Below are positions 1-13,674 of a stretch of 64,000 nt of DNA, in pieces. Below the pieces are notes generated by a model. It was not told where the DNA came from. It ran no database searches and saw only the letters and a list, made by a program, of their open reading frames with translations. Origin of the DNA: Lama guanicoe (lineage: Eukaryota); the NCBI GenBank assembly GCA_013239625.1, contig MU053629.1:2693567-2757566 (forward strand). The letters run 5' to 3'. The position numbers and the translations under genes were made by a program. Positions within the stretch are counted from its first letter, which is position 1. The number at the start of each line of letters is the position of its first letter.

Positions 1-142
1 CCCTGCTGATGCCTTGATTTCAGCCCAGTGATGTGATTGTGAACTTACACCCTCCAGAACTGAGAGAATAAATTTCTTTCTGGTTGTTTTAAGCCACCAG
101 TTTGTGGTAATTTGTTAGAGCAACCAGAAGAAATGAATACAG
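1..142 (+). mobile_element. MaLR (MLT1-type) LTR 3' part
   Basis: cctccagaactgagagaataaatttc...tttaagccaccagtttgtggtaatttgttagagcaacc...aatac is typical of MLT1 ends. Confidence 0.75.
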
Positions 143-709
143 TTGAGGACTTCTTTAGTTGTTCCTTCCTGCTGAGCTTTACTGGCTCCTTCAGGGAACC
201 TCCAAGTGTTGGAATGCCCAAGGCTCCATTTTCAGACTTCTTTGTCTATTCTATGTGAGCTCATCCCTTCACGTGGCCTTAAAAGGCCATTTATTTGCTA
301 ATATCCTCCAAATTTTATCTCCACCTAGGGCCTTCTCATGAAGTTCAGCCATCTTTTCATGCAGATGAAAAGAAGACTCTGGTCCACTCCCACCTCCATC
401 CCCAAATTCTCCTGGCCAGGCATCCCCAGCCACTTAAGTTGGAAGTAGATGGTAGCCATCCTAGATTTATTTCTCGATTTCCCTCATATCTTGTAAGTCT
501 GCTAGTAAGTCTTGTTGTTTAGGTCTCAAAATACTTCTCAAATCCATCCACTCCTCTTCCTTTCCATGGTCACTACAGCCACCAGCATCTCTTACCCAGA
601 TGACTGCACCAGCCTCCTAAAAACCCCCAGCTTCTACTCTTATCCCCTCTCCTGTCCCTTCTCCTTACAGTAGCCAGAGTGAGTTTAAAAAATTAGATCA
701 GGTTGCAGT

Positions 710-2052
710 TTCTTAAATAACTGTATTGAGGTGCAGTCAACATACAATTAACTATATATTTAAAGTGGATAAGTTATGACTTAAGTATACCTCCATGAAA
801 TCATCAGTATGATAAAGAACATACCTATTGCCCTAAAAAAGTTCCTCATGCTCCTTTGAAATTGAACCCTCCCTCCCCTACCTCCCATCCCCAGGCAGCA
901 ACTGATCTGTCTTCTGTCACTATAGACTAGTTAACATTTTCTAGAATTTGTATATAAATTGAACAGTATACTATATACTCTCTTTTATATGGCTTATTTT
1001 GAGATTTATCCATGTTTTTCACTATATCAGTAATTTGTTCCTTTTTATTGTTGAGTAGTATTCCATTGTATGGATGTACCACAGTTTGTTTAACCATTCA
1101 TTTGATGATGTACATTTGGGTTGTTTTCAGTTTTTAGTTACTATGTATAAAGGTGTTATAAACATTCACATATAGGACTTTGTGTGGAATTAAGCTGTCA
1201 TCTCTCTTGGGTAAATACCTAGAAGAGTAATCAAGGGGGAGATGTTTGTTTAACTTTTTGAGAAATTGCCAAAATGTTTCCCAAAGTGTTTACACTATTT
1301 TACAGTCCCACCAGCAGGGCAGGAGTGTTATAGTATTTTATGTATATATATGTTTCACATGCTTTTCAACACTTGGTAAGATCAGTCTTTTAATTTTAGC
1401 TTTCCTAAAAGTGGATGTGTAATTGTATTTTCACTTACAGTTCCCTGATAACCAAGGAGCATGTTTTCATGTTCATATTTGCTATTTGTTTATCTTCTTT
1501 GGAGAAGTGTCTTTTCAAGTTTTGCTCATATTGAAAAAATTTGGATTTTTTTTCTGTATTCCTATTGAGCTGCATATTTTAAAAAATATTCCAGATACAA
1601 ATTCTTTCTTCATGTATTCTAGGTCTATAAAAAGGTTTTTAAAAAATATTTTCTAGATACAAGTCCTCTGTTGGACATACGTATTACCAATATTTTCTCC
1701 CAATGGTGACCACCTTTTCATTTTCCTAGTGGTATCTTACAGAGAACAAGTTTTAAATTTACTGAAGTCTGGTTTATCACCTTTTTCTTTTATTAGCAAT
1801 TTTGGGGTCATATCTCAGAACTTTATCCAACCCAAAGTTATATTTTCTCCCATGTTTTCTTTTAGAAGTTTTTAGTTTTTGCTCTTACATTTAGGTTTGT
1901 GATCCATTTTGAATTAATTTTTGTGTATGGTGTGAGGTAAGGGTAGAGGTTCATATTTTTCCCACACACAGACATCCAGTTGTTCCAGCACCATTTGTTG
2001 ACAGGCTATTTTTTTCCCAAAGTTGCCTTGGCACCTTTGTCAAAAATCAACT
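710..2052 (-). mobile_element. Old L1 (L1M) 3' fragment
   Basis: Typical antisense L1 3' sequence (gagtagtattccattgtatggatgtaccacagtttg; ttccagcaccatttgttga), AT-rich and degenerate. Confidence 0.85.
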
Positions 2053-5000
2053 GACAACTCCCCCTGTGGGGTAGGTCTGCATGACTGAAGAGTCCCTTGT
2101 GAAGTCAGCCCTGGATTCTGGGGGCCACAAAGAAATGAAAAGCCAAGGCCCACCCTTGAAAGCTTCTGGCCACCTGTCTACTTGGAGGCTCACTGCTCCC
2201 GATTGCCCAGCCAGGAGGTGAAGCAAGGGTGGTACAGGGTAAACAGGGGTAAGGCTACAGAGCTTGACCCAATCTCTGGCAGCTGATCCTCCACAACTCT
2301 GCTGCAGGGCTTCCAAACCCCATAAAAACCTTACCTGGTGTCTGCTGTGCTTAAGAAGAGCCTGTGCAGAAGACACAGAGAGGGCTTTGTAGCCTCTTCT
2401 CCACCCCACCTCCCAACCTCCCCTGACCTGGGCCCTCTGCTCATGGAAACTCCCCTACTGAACCTGGCTGTCTGGCCCCAGCAGACAGGCAGTGGTGCTC
2501 TCCATGGGGGTAGGACATGGGCCTGTGCTTCTGGGAGCCACTCAGTGCAACTGAACCCATCCTAGGTGTCCCTCTCCATAGACCAGAGGGGTCCCGGCTC
2601 TCTGGGTGGGGAAGAGGCTTCGAATAGAAGCTGGAGACTTCACAGTTAATCCAAAGTTTCCCCAGGAACACCCTGGCTGTGGGGTCAGGGATGTGGCTGG
2701 ACTCTCATCACAGATGAGTATGTGTAGGAGGGTGTCAGAACCTCTGGTGAGGGAGGCAGCTGTTTGCAATAACTGAGCAGCAGAACCCAGGCCACCAACA
2801 ATCACTGAGCCCCCATCCTGCTCACTGGCAGACTCCATGATCAGGAGGCCCTGCTCCAGTGACATCATCCTCTTCACACACGGCTGAGGGAAATGAGCTC
2901 AAGGCAGCCGTCGGAGGCGGTCTGTTTACTCACAGAGACCCTGGCCGTCAGCAGCTCTTTGACCAGACATTCCCTGTCCTAGCCAGCATGAAGCAGAAAT
3001 TTCCTTAAACACATTTCTTTGGACTCAATCCACTTGTGCCCTTGTTTTCAATTTTTTTTTTAAGAGGAAAATTCCCAGTTCTGGCCCCAAACAGAGCAAC
3101 CCAGCGATGGTGGGGGGAGATCACAATGACTCTCAGAAGGCCTTTTGCAGGTTTAGTTGCTCCCACTTCCCCTGTAATCCCTGGAGATGGAGAACATCAA
3201 ACCAAGTCTCAGTCACCCGTGTTTAGGGGAGGTCAGAGGGATGGTCAGCACGACCTCAAGGGCAGACCCTCTCCTTGAAGGCCTCTCTCAGGGCCTCAGC
3301 CACCCTGAGGTCACAGTCAGAGCATTTCTCAACTCAGCAACCCTGGCTAGGCCCTAGACCCCTCCCTCATTCCCTGCGGGTCAGGGATATTTCAGGAGAG
3401 CCCAAGAGCTGCCAGTTTTCACAGGCTCCAGGGGATTCCCAAGATGGTCACCCCCAACCGCCCTGGCTGAGAGGCGCTGTCACCTGCCCTCCCCCAACTC
3501 TCTCGTGTTATTCCTGCTGGAACTCAGCCATTCAAGAAGACTTGAGGAGACAGGGGTTATGGAGGTCTCCTCAGTCTCCCCAGTGCTCCAGGACCCAAAG
3601 GCCACTTGCTCCAGGAGCAGTGATGCCCTCCCAGGAGTGTCAATCATGGAAGACAGATGCCCTCCCTCCGCCTGGCAGGATCTGCCCACTACTGGGGCTG
3701 CTCTGACAGGCCCAGACATGTCGGCGAGCCTTACCTGACCCAGCTCCTCCCTGTGGCTTGATCCTACTTAGCTCAGCATCTTGCAGCACCAGAGATGGGC
3801 CTGGGGCAGAATCAGGTCAGAAGATGGCGCTGAATCTGTGTTTCATAGTGCTTTACGAAAGACTGCGAATGTCAAGGGTCCACATCAGAGAATGTGGTGG
3901 AGGGAGCGGCTCACACACAGATCTGGGTTGGCAGCTTCCTAGAGGCACTGAACAAAGGGCCAGACTTTCTCACCCAACTGTCCCTATCCCCCGCCCCCTC
4001 AACGAACACAGCTCCAGAACTCCCTAAACATGTGGTTCCAATGATTCAACTAGTCAACATGTCTACTAACCCAGAATTTGTAAGGTATGAAAGCTGGAAA
4101 GACCTCAGATCAGGACAGAAGTTAATGTTTATTGAACATCTATTGTGAGCCCCGTATGATGCTTACACGTGTTATTTTATTTCATCCTCACAACACCGAC
4201 GGAGATTAAGTAACTCCAAAGGAGGCACAACTCATATACGGCAGAGCTGGGATTCAAACCTGGTTCTGTCTGAACCCAGACCTTCTTCAATTAGGCATTT
4301 CCAATTTGAACACTGAGAAATTAACTCAGGAAATCAATTACTCCTTCCGTAAACCAAGCAAGGCCTGTAAATTAAAGACTTGGCCATTCCGCCCTCTATT
4401 CTACAGATTAGGAAACTGAGGCCAGATCACAGAGCGTTTGAGCTGAGCACAGGACAGGGACTCAGACTCAGATCACTGTCCCTCCCACCACCCCAGCCTG
4501 TCTCATAGCCCTAAGTCAAGCCAGGTGAGGGAACAGTGGGAGAAACCCTGTGGGCTCTGCCCTCTAGAAGACAAGACAAAGATGAACAGAGAAACACATA
4601 CATAGCCATACCCAGACATCCACACAGCCAGACATGCAGAGACATAGCTCCACAAGGAAACAAGCAAGAAGGGCCCTTACACGGGATCTACTTTTTAGAT
4701 GGTCACACTGCACCCCACACGGTGAGAAGTCCCTGGGGTCAAGAAGATAGGTCCACCAGGAGCCCACAGCCCATTCTAGGTACATGGGACCCCATGATTT
4801 CCTTCTTGGAGCCATTTGGGCAGACTCTGCCAATGCTATGGGCACCCCTAGATCCAAAGGGCAGCCAAGGGGTGGAGTGCATGCATGGAGTTTGGACACA
4901 TGTGAGGAGTCACACATGCAGGCACGTCCCCTCGAGGTACAGGATGGAGCCGAGATGGGGAAGGAGAGGAAGCAGCCACTCGTTCTGTGTTGCTGAGCTC

Positions 5001-7799
5001 CAGCACAAAACTCAGAGGAGTTAGGAATTTAAAATCAAACCCAGCCCTCCAGATATTAGGATTGAGTCTTTTATTTAGCAGTTTGTTGTTCTGACTTTTA
5101 TATAACATTTAAATATTTAGACATATGGATATAAGCCCTCATTTGTACTCTTGCCCTGGGTCTTTCAAATGTTAGAAGCTGCCTGAGACACGTCTCTAAA
5201 TTCCCAGTGCCCAGTGTGGGGCCAGTCACAGCGCAAGCACTTTAAAGATGTCTGTTAGTAAATAAGCAAATCACTTTAAGAATGAATCAAAGATTGAGTG
5301 AATGAATCCTTCTGCACAAATATAAACAGACAAGTATACATGCTTTCAGAGACTCACTAACATACTGAAAAATAAATCCCCACACTCCCAAAGACACACA
5401 TGCTTGAGCTCACATCTACAAAGACAGGTGTATGTTCACACCAAAATAACCTAAATGCTCACATGTGTACTCCCACAGACACATGTAGTCAGGTGTAGAC
5501 CCACTCATCTATGCCAAGACACAGAAGCCCACACTTTGCCTTGAAGATACCCACATATATGAGCTCACACATGTAGACAAACACAGAAGGACAACTTTCC
5601 CACTGAACCCAACTCCAGCCAGAAATGCAGCCACCTACACATACAAACACAGAACAGTCACACGAATCCACGCTGACACATGCAGCTAGGTAAAGCCATA
5701 GGCCCAAGACAGACTGAGAGTGAGCCACCTGTCCACAGAGACCCCCTGGCTGCCCTGGGCTCCCACACTGTCTGTCTCCCTCCCCCTCCTGTCTGCGGCC
5801 AGAGGGGCTCCTAGAGGAATTCCTTCTGCAGACTGGCTGAGAAAGGCTGTTCTTTCTCCTCCCCCGCAGTCCCAGGCCAGAGCCCTAGGGTAGAGAAGCA
5901 GATGGTGTGTGCTGGGGGGGCTCCCCCTTCCCAAGTAATCTGCCCTCCGGCTGTGGCTACCTCCCACAGCCTGGCCAAGCCTAGACTGGGCACTGGGCTC
6001 TGGACAGTAGCACAGCCCCACTCAGGTCCTGCTGCCCCAGCTCTACTTCCAACAGGATGATTTAGGAGGGGCTGGTGAACAGTGCTTTTCCAGAGGCCAT
6101 GCTTCCTCAGGAAATAGCTCAGCCACAAGCCTGATCTCCAAAACAGGCGTAGGATGAAAACACCTCTGTGCCTCTCCAAAAACAGGGGCCGCCCCTCTCA
6201 TTCAGAGCCCCTCACGTCATTCTAGCCACAGCATCTCAAGGTAGTGGATCGCAAGAAAGGCCCAGGGTCTAGTCCCACTTCTAAGCTGACTTGCTGCATC
6301 CACTGCTGTAAAATAAGCCACATGGGTGTGATGCCTTCAGATGTAACTAGAATGATGTAGGATTCTCAAATTCCCTGGGCAGCCCCTGGGCAAGGGTGAA
6401 GGGGCTCCAAACCCAGGGACGGTGGCCTGGTGTTGACCTCTTCTTAAGTCACAGAATCATTATAGTAAACACAGAGCTTGTGCCAGGAGTGGTTGAGGCT
6501 GAGGTGCTGGCACTGGAGCAAAATGGAGATGCAGGCACAGGAATGTCCTGTGCGGTCTGAAGACAGATGGCCACCTCCCCTCCCCCTTCCAGCCATCCAC
6601 CAGGTCCCCCAGGCCTCTGCTGGAGGTAGACACAGGGCTGCAGCTCCACCCAGCTGAGCGGGCTGAGAGACAGGAATGCTGCTCAGCGCAGCTGGCTGGA
6701 CAGGGGAGACTGTTTATTCTCTGATGTCGGGAACATCTCAGACAATCAGGGGGATTGGCTGCTGGCAGCCCCTGGATGCAAGGCCTAGAAAAAGTCAACT
6801 TAATCAGAACAGGCTGATGACCCAAGCTCTGAGCAGGCAGTGGGGATGGAAGGGAGAGGCCACCCCTCCCTGCCCCACACTCAGTGCCATGTGCGCCTCT
6901 GAGCTCACCTCCTGGGTCTGCAGTGAAGGGACTGGAAAGGCGGATGGAGCTGAGCCCAGAGCTCTCATTAATAGTGTGGGTGTTGGGGGAGGGGAGGACT
7001 TTCCGTGGTCCCACTTTCAGCATCCAGGTACCCCTGCTTATGAGACATGGCAGAGCTAAGAGTCTTGGCCTAGGAAGGGAGCTCATCTGGCATGCCTTGG
7101 AACTGGGACTGCTCACTCCAGCCTCCCAACACCACCAGCCCAGATCCTTTTTACTCAACCTTGCAATTACCTGTTTTTCTTACGATTTCAGCTCTAGGGT
7201 CAGCTTTGGCTCTGCCTCTTTCAGGCCTTTTCATCTTGGGCAGTTACCTCTCCAAGCCTTTTCTTCTCCTGTAAAATAAAGGTGATAGATCTGCCTTGAA
7301 AGGATATTGTGAGGGTGAAATAATTTTTTCAATATGCCTGTCATGCAGAAAGCACGATAAACAGTAATAATGCCTTTCTCCCTCACTCCTTCTACTGCTG
7401 CAGACCCAACCTCCCGTTTTCCTGAAGGCCAGAACCCTCCAGTGTAGTTTATAACACCCCAACCTGGTCACATCCACCTATTGCTGCTCTACCTGAGTGC
7501 TCTGGGACACCCCAGGCCAGAAGACTTTAGGGAGGAGGCCAAGGTGACCCAAGGAAGCATCTTGATGCTGAGGCTACAGAAGGCCCCAGAACATGCTGGT
7601 TTCTTGGGGTGTTTTGCCCAATTCTCATTTTGCACGGGTTTGAGTGACCTTGTGGTTAGAGCCCAGGGGTGAAAACAGTCAAACTTCATCAATCCAGACT
7701 CACTCGTCTGCAAAACCTCATATTTCTATATTTAATAAAATGTTTACACCAAAAATAATGGAACATCGGGATGACAATGGGTGTTAAGCTGTGGACTCC

Positions 7800-8300
7800 C
7801 CCCTCCTTTTTTACTCACCACAGGATCCAATTTAAACTCTGTTAATAAAGAGGAATTTATCTGTCACTTAAGTGAAAAGTCTGGCTTTAGGCACTACTGG
7901 ATTCAGTACTCAAACACCACCACCACCAGGGCTGTTTCTCTTCCTCTCTTGGCTCTGCTTTCCACCGTGCTGGCGTCAGTCTGCGGCTTCACGCGGCAGC
8001 AAAGATGGCAGCAAGAGGAAAGCCACTCTCTTTCTCAGCAGCCCCAGCGAAAAGTCTCCTTGTCGATTCTGATTGGGTCACATGCTCATGCCGGAACCAA
8101 TCACTGAGGCAGAGGGGAGGATGTGACTCACTGATTGGCTCCGGCCTGAGCCACTGCTTTACCACCTAGAGTGTGTGGGGGGAGGGGCGGTCGGCTTTAG
8201 CGAGATCCAGCGACAGCGAAGAGAGGCTGGTTCCCCACAGAGGAGCAGGGGTAGGTACCAGGATAGAGAATGGACTGGGGGCGACAAGAACAACAGATGT
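7800..8300 (-). mobile_element. Old MaLR/ERVL-type LTR with CCAAT boxes
   Basis: ctgattgggtcacatgctcatgccggaaccaatcactgaggcagagggga...ctgattggct resembles old MLT1/LTR33-class LTRs; family uncertain. Confidence 0.5.
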
Positions 8301-10851
8301 CAAACACAGGAAATCAGTGAGTCCAAACCTCTGATAGGCCATGTGTTATGGGCCCATTTGGGACAGCCTGGACTTACCTTAAGAATGGTAAAACTACATC
8401 TTTAAACCAGTCTGCAAACCATACTTCCCAGGAATTCAGACTGACTTGGCCTCCTTCCTGCCCGCTAGCGGGCAGTTTGACTGAAATGAACAATGTTGCC
8501 AGGGCTGGAAAGGCCTGTCAGCACTACATGGCTGTTTTCACTGGGGCAGGGAGACTGACTCTAGTGGCCTCAGCCCTCTCCCCATCTGCTGTCACATGGT
8601 CAAAGCTCCACCTACCTTTGAATCTCCAATGATTCTCTCTCACCACTACCTCCCCTACACCATCACCACCTTCAAAACTCCTACCAATACCTGTTCTTAG
8701 GAAAGGCTTCATCATCAGTCATTTACACGTGTGTGTGAATAAACATCAAATCAATAGTTTCATCTCTCTCAGAACCATTTGTATTTTAAGTCTGAGCCTT
8801 TTCAATAAAACTTTTAAAAGACTCTGTCCTGTCCACCGGACTTGACTCCCAAAACGTATTTTTGGTGACAGAGAGCAAAAGAGACTTCCTAAAATCAAGC
8901 AACAAATGTCCACACCTTCTCTGAAACCCCCACCCATCCACACTGGCTTGCCAGTGAATTTTTTCTGAAGTCTGACTTCAGTCACCTTTGCCGACATTTA
9001 GCCATTTCTCTCTACTATGGCAAGGAAGTTTCTTGCATACTTTCATTTATTCACTCAACAAACTTTTCCTGAGTATCTGCCGTATCTTAGATGCTCAGGT
9101 TTACTTAGTTACTAACATGATCTGGGCCCTGCCCTTAAGCATTGCAGTTGAGTTTTAGTGCAGGAAATGTCACCTTCACCATCAGATTTTTAATACAAGC
9201 AAAGTCTGGCCCAGTGGAATTCAGTTAATGCTGCTTCCCCTTCTCAGGGCTGTACTATGTGGGCACTGCAGTAGAACACTGGAAATTTTCTCAAAATCCT
9301 TTCCAGTGGATAAGAGTGCCAGCAGGAGTGGGTGGAGATGGTAGTTTCTATCTTATTTCAGAATGTCATGATTTGTTTTGGATGTTCCAAATGTCGGGTT
9401 GGAGATTCATGCACAGGAGAGGGGCTTATTCTAACCAGATCAGGGCTAGAGGCAGGCCAGGACACTGTCTCCATGGTGCATAGCCCCAGACAGTTTGGAA
9501 ACAAACAGAAACCCATCTCATCCAGGGGAGAGAGACTGACAAAAGTAAAAACAAACAAAGGCCAAGAGATGGAAAACTCACGAGGTGGGGCAGGGTGGAG
9601 AGGAGGGGAGTGGAGGGAAAGACTGCTGGGGGCTGTGGAAGGGACCTAGTCCTGGGTTTTTTATGGGGAGCTGAATCCAGCCCCCACCCCATCCCCTACC
9701 AAGAATCACCATGGCAATGGGGAGGGTGAGTATGGCTGATTCCAAGCCAACACAAACCTCCTGGGCAGGAATGGGCTCAGATGCATGGGCCATGTTCTAA
9801 AGAGAAAGATCTGAATTGGGCTTTTAAAACCACAACCTCCCCACCCACCCCTGGTTTTGCAGGCAATCAGTGTATAATAAAATGAATTAATCAGAAACAA
9901 TAGTGAACCACATCTCTCACACACACATGCACACTTATCCAAAAGCCCACAGGGTAAAATCCTTCCTTTTGTGGTGGAAGCTGACAGCTCATGAGATATT
10001 TGGCACTTCCCAGCCTAGCCTGTCCACTTGCCACCTCCCAAAACTGTGCCCCTGACAGTGACACTAGTGACAGAAGGCTGATGGGGTTGCTTTGACAAGA
10101 CCAAGGCAGCTGGGGCTCCAATGTGAGGTGGCTCCACCTGAACCACCATCTGGTCTCCTCTGCCATCAGCTGCCTGGTAAGCTCTTGGTCCACAGGGAGT
10201 TTGTCAGCAAGGAGACTAATGCTTCCTCCTCCGTGAAAGTGTCTGCAGCATGAACCACTGAGCTCTCAACCCCCAGAACCCAATTTTGCCCTTTCCTGAG
10301 CTGGTTGGCCTATGGGGTCTGCCTTAGATGTGGGATTGGTGCAAAATAGAACTAAGTCTTCAGGGTTTGTCTCCTTCCTGTCTCTCCATCCCCAGGTACC
10401 CAGGGATCTCACACTATCTCCTATAACCCCAGTCCAGGGCTGTCTCATCCACTCGGCAGAGTAGGCACAGGGCCTGAAGTCTTCATTACAAAAATCTTTT
10501 TCTTCCATTTAAGATTAGAAGGGGGAAAAATGAGCTTTTAAGTGGAAGAAAACATTTTGGTACATAATAGTAATGCATTCATATTTATACCAACACAGTC
10601 ATAAAGTATAAAAGATAAAGTGCCCAGGGCTTGTGGAAGTCATAATATGGCCCTGTCCTAGTCTTCCCTCCTGTCCATGCCAACCCTCTAGGCTCCAGAG
10701 ATTTCCTCCCCCCATATCAAAATGTACCTGTCCGATGGCCCCCACTGGCCAGGCAGCTCCTGGAAGACAGGACCGTTCTTCATCCGTCCTCAAGTCCCCC
10801 CCATAAGCCCCGCACCTGCCCCACAGTCATATCAGGTATTGCATTGCCTCT

Positions 10852-10856
<5 letters not shown>

Positions 10857-10893
<37 letters not shown>
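10857..10893. repeat. (TG)n microsatellite
   Basis: Uninterrupted TG run. Confidence 0.95.
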
Positions 10894-10896
<3 letters not shown>

Positions 10897-10949
10897 CCTC
10901 AGAGAAAGGGCATTGGGTTTTAAATAAATATTGCATGAGAACCCCTGGA

Positions 10950-12065
10950 AACTGCAGACAATATTTCACGCCTGTGCAGGTGGACTCTGCCTGCATCCCC
11001 TCCACTGAACTCTGCTGAAACTGCTCTGGCCAAGTTCACCAATGATCTCCAACTCAGTAAACCCAATAGACTCTTCTCAGGAACAATCCTGATTGCTTGG
11101 CAGTGTTTGACATTGCTCATCAAGCCTTTCCACGTCCTTTTTCGCTTCTGTGACACCTCACTGTTCGGCTGTCCCTGGAAGTTGCTGCTCGCTCTCTGCA
11201 TGCTATTCTCCTCTGCTGGGCCATTAAAAGTAAGTAATAATGAGAATAATAATAGCAGCTGAAACATATCAGCTACTTGCTCTGTGCTGGGCTGTTTTAA
11301 CTTTCAGTTCTCTTAATCCTCAAAATAACCCTAAATCCATTCTCCAACCACCAGCCAGAACGATTTTTCTGTGAACCAAATCTGATCACATCACTTCCTT
11401 GCTTGAAACCTAAGGGCTTTCCCCAGCCCACAGCTTTTAAGGTCTTTTATGATCTGGCCCCCGCCCACCTCTCCAGCCCCATTTCTCACCACAGCCTCTT
11501 CCTTCATGACCATCCTACTTTTAGCTTCTCCAGCAGGAACTCTAGGTCTTTGCGTGTGCAGTTTTCACTGCCTGAAACTCCCCTGCACCTCTTAGCCTCA
11601 CACCGACTGCTCTTTCAGGTTTCAGTTCAACATCACCTTTCCTGGGACCCCCCAAGGGGCTGGACAGCATGGTAGTTATGAAAATGACCCTGAAACCAGT
11701 CTGCCAGGGTCACCTCCCAGCTCTGCCACTTCTAGCCATGTAACCTTGGGCAAGCTATTCTCTGGGACTTGCCTTTCTTATCTGTTGTAAGGATTAAAGA
11801 AATCAGTACATGGAAGGTGCCTTGCAGTGCTACATGGTTTGCCTCCACATTTCCTGACCCCAGGCCATGTTAAGATTCCTTGCCAAGTATTTCCCCAAAT
11901 TCCATTATAATACCACATAATGCCGCCTCACTCCTGGAGCATGTCTGTCCACCTGCCCACCTGGCTAGACTGTCAGCTCCGTGAGGGCAGGGGCATTTTG
12001 ACCTGAGCCTGCTCCTATTTCTAGTGCCTGTCACACTGTAGGTGCTCATATTTGGTAAATCAGTG
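10950..12065. mobile_element. L2 fragments with nested MIR pieces
   Basis: ctgaaactgctctggccaagttcaccaatgatctcc, aaatctgatcacatcacttccttgcttgaaacc and gtaggtgctcatatttggtaaat are L2-like; ctctgccacttctagccatgtaaccttgggcaag is MIR-like. Confidence 0.65.
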
Positions 12066-12234
12066 ACTAGAAATCCAATGCCTACAGATATCCTGGAGAT
12101 AAACACTGTCCAGCAAACAGCCACCTCGAACAAGGTAGGAAGAGAGGATGAGTTCTCACAGCAATGAATACACGGCAGTCTCATGCTGAGGCTGAAAGCA
12201 GTCACAAAGGCAACTTGGAAATTAGGAAAATACC

Positions 12235-12240
12235 TTTATT
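12235..12240 (-). terminator. PARP16: Probable PARP16 polyadenylation signal (AATAAA), implying a 3' UTR of ~1.3 kb
   Basis: tttatt on the + strand, ~1.3 kb past the stop; repeat-derived (L2/MIR-like) sequence starts shortly beyond it. Confidence 0.7.
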
Positions 12241-13538
12241 ATTTTTGAAATGTTCCAATATTCAATGTAAAAACCACGATAGTGGCTTTTTCGCAACTTT
12301 ACAAATTATAGAAATATGACTTTCCACCTTCTCTACAGAAATCTCCCCCCTAAATCAGACAGGGCTCCGTGAGGGCTGACACGGGGCAGGAAGGAGGGGC
12401 AGAGGATACAGCAGGTGGAACCGCCCTCTCTGGGCAGTCAGAGGCTTTTTCTGCACATTTAAAGCCCAGGCTGAGTCCCAGAGCCCTGTGACCCCTGTGA
12501 GGGAGGCTCAGGCCACACACATCTGTGGCACACTAAGGGAGGCCTCTATCTCAAAGGCCGGCCGCCCAGAGGAGAAGGCCTGCAGTGCGGCACTGTGGCC
12601 GACAGGCCGCGATCAAGGCAGCTTCGTGAGAATGAGAGCAGGAGGCAGGCCTGCAGCTCAAGTCCTTTTCTCTAAAATACGGCTAGGAAAGAGGCCACGG
12701 ACATTGGCCAAATGGTGCTCTAGGTTTAGAAATTTCCCCTTTTACTCAGCTCGCAAAGACGAATTTGTCAAATAGCTATATATATATAAAAAAATCAGAA
12801 AACAAACATTTGGTTCCGTTTCAGCTGTCATCAGCAGTTGGTAATTTTTAGAAAAAGACGACTTGAGTTGCTCATTGTTAAGTTCGTATTTTTTCTTCAG
12901 GTCTCTGATTCCTTCCTTTCTCATCCGTGATTGGGGTGGAGGGGTTACAGCTGCAGCAGAACGCTGTTTGTTGATTTGAGAAAACTGTGAGAAGTGTTTT
13001 GCACTCACATACAAAGCCTGAAGGAATTCAAAACGATCCCACCGATTTTTATGAGAAACATGACTGTTCCTCTTGGGTGTCTCAAGTCAAAACAAGGCAA
13101 CCGCCTAGTGATTTATAGTCCCCACTACACATTTTCCGCCTTCCAGAAGGCATTAGAGAAAGGGCCAACGTCCGCCAGAAGCGATTGTAAACATCCCACT
13201 GACAGCTTGGACACTTTGTTTTTAAATGCAGCAGGACCTTCTCCTTTGGCCCTGGCAAAAAAAAAAAAAAAAGCCACCTCCCTAAGACTTGTTTAGGAAG
13301 GAGCAGACAGGATATCTCCCCCAAAACCTAAGAGTGAGGGGCCAGCAGCCCCTGTTGACCAGAGTGTGGCTGAGAGCATCATCAAAGGCAATTGATACAT
13401 TTATGGCATGTGAACGTTGTCCTGTGGTCCCCAACCGGCCCCCAGGCTCAGCCTGGCTGGATGTGGGGCACAGGAGGTACGGGACGAGCTGTCCTAAGGC
13501 ACGTGGTTGAGGTGGCCCCTACACCAGGCCCAGAAAGA

Positions 13539-13674
13539 TTATCGCTTTGCACGATTCCAAAAGTGCTGGAAAGCTGAGGAGTTGATGACACTCACTATGA
13601 GCAGCAGCAGCAGATACAGGGATATCATGACCGTAAACCAATGGCTGGAAACCCAGGAGACCTGGCTTGAAGCC
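13539..13674 (-). CDS. PARP16: PARP16 last coding exon: C-terminal transmembrane tail anchor and stop
   Basis: [45 protein letters not shown] then TAA. Exon lengths 174+138+207+172+142+136 = 969 nt = 322 aa plus stop, with no frameshift. Confidence 0.96.

Noticed and set aside
5330..5680. CA-rich degenerate tract, with similar ones at ~4590-4930 and ~50870-50960
   Set aside because: Low-complexity sequence with no stable periodic unit or coding signal.
6460..7158. 232-aa minus-strand ORF and other ORFs over 100 aa in intergenic DNA
   Set aside because: Mostly non-ATG starts, no recognisable domain, and composition typical of GC-rich non-coding DNA.
1..12000. Possible 5' coding exons of CILP, the expected neighbour
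   Set aside because: No CILP signal-peptide or WxxW-domain coding sequence was recognised; the gene probably lies outside the window.
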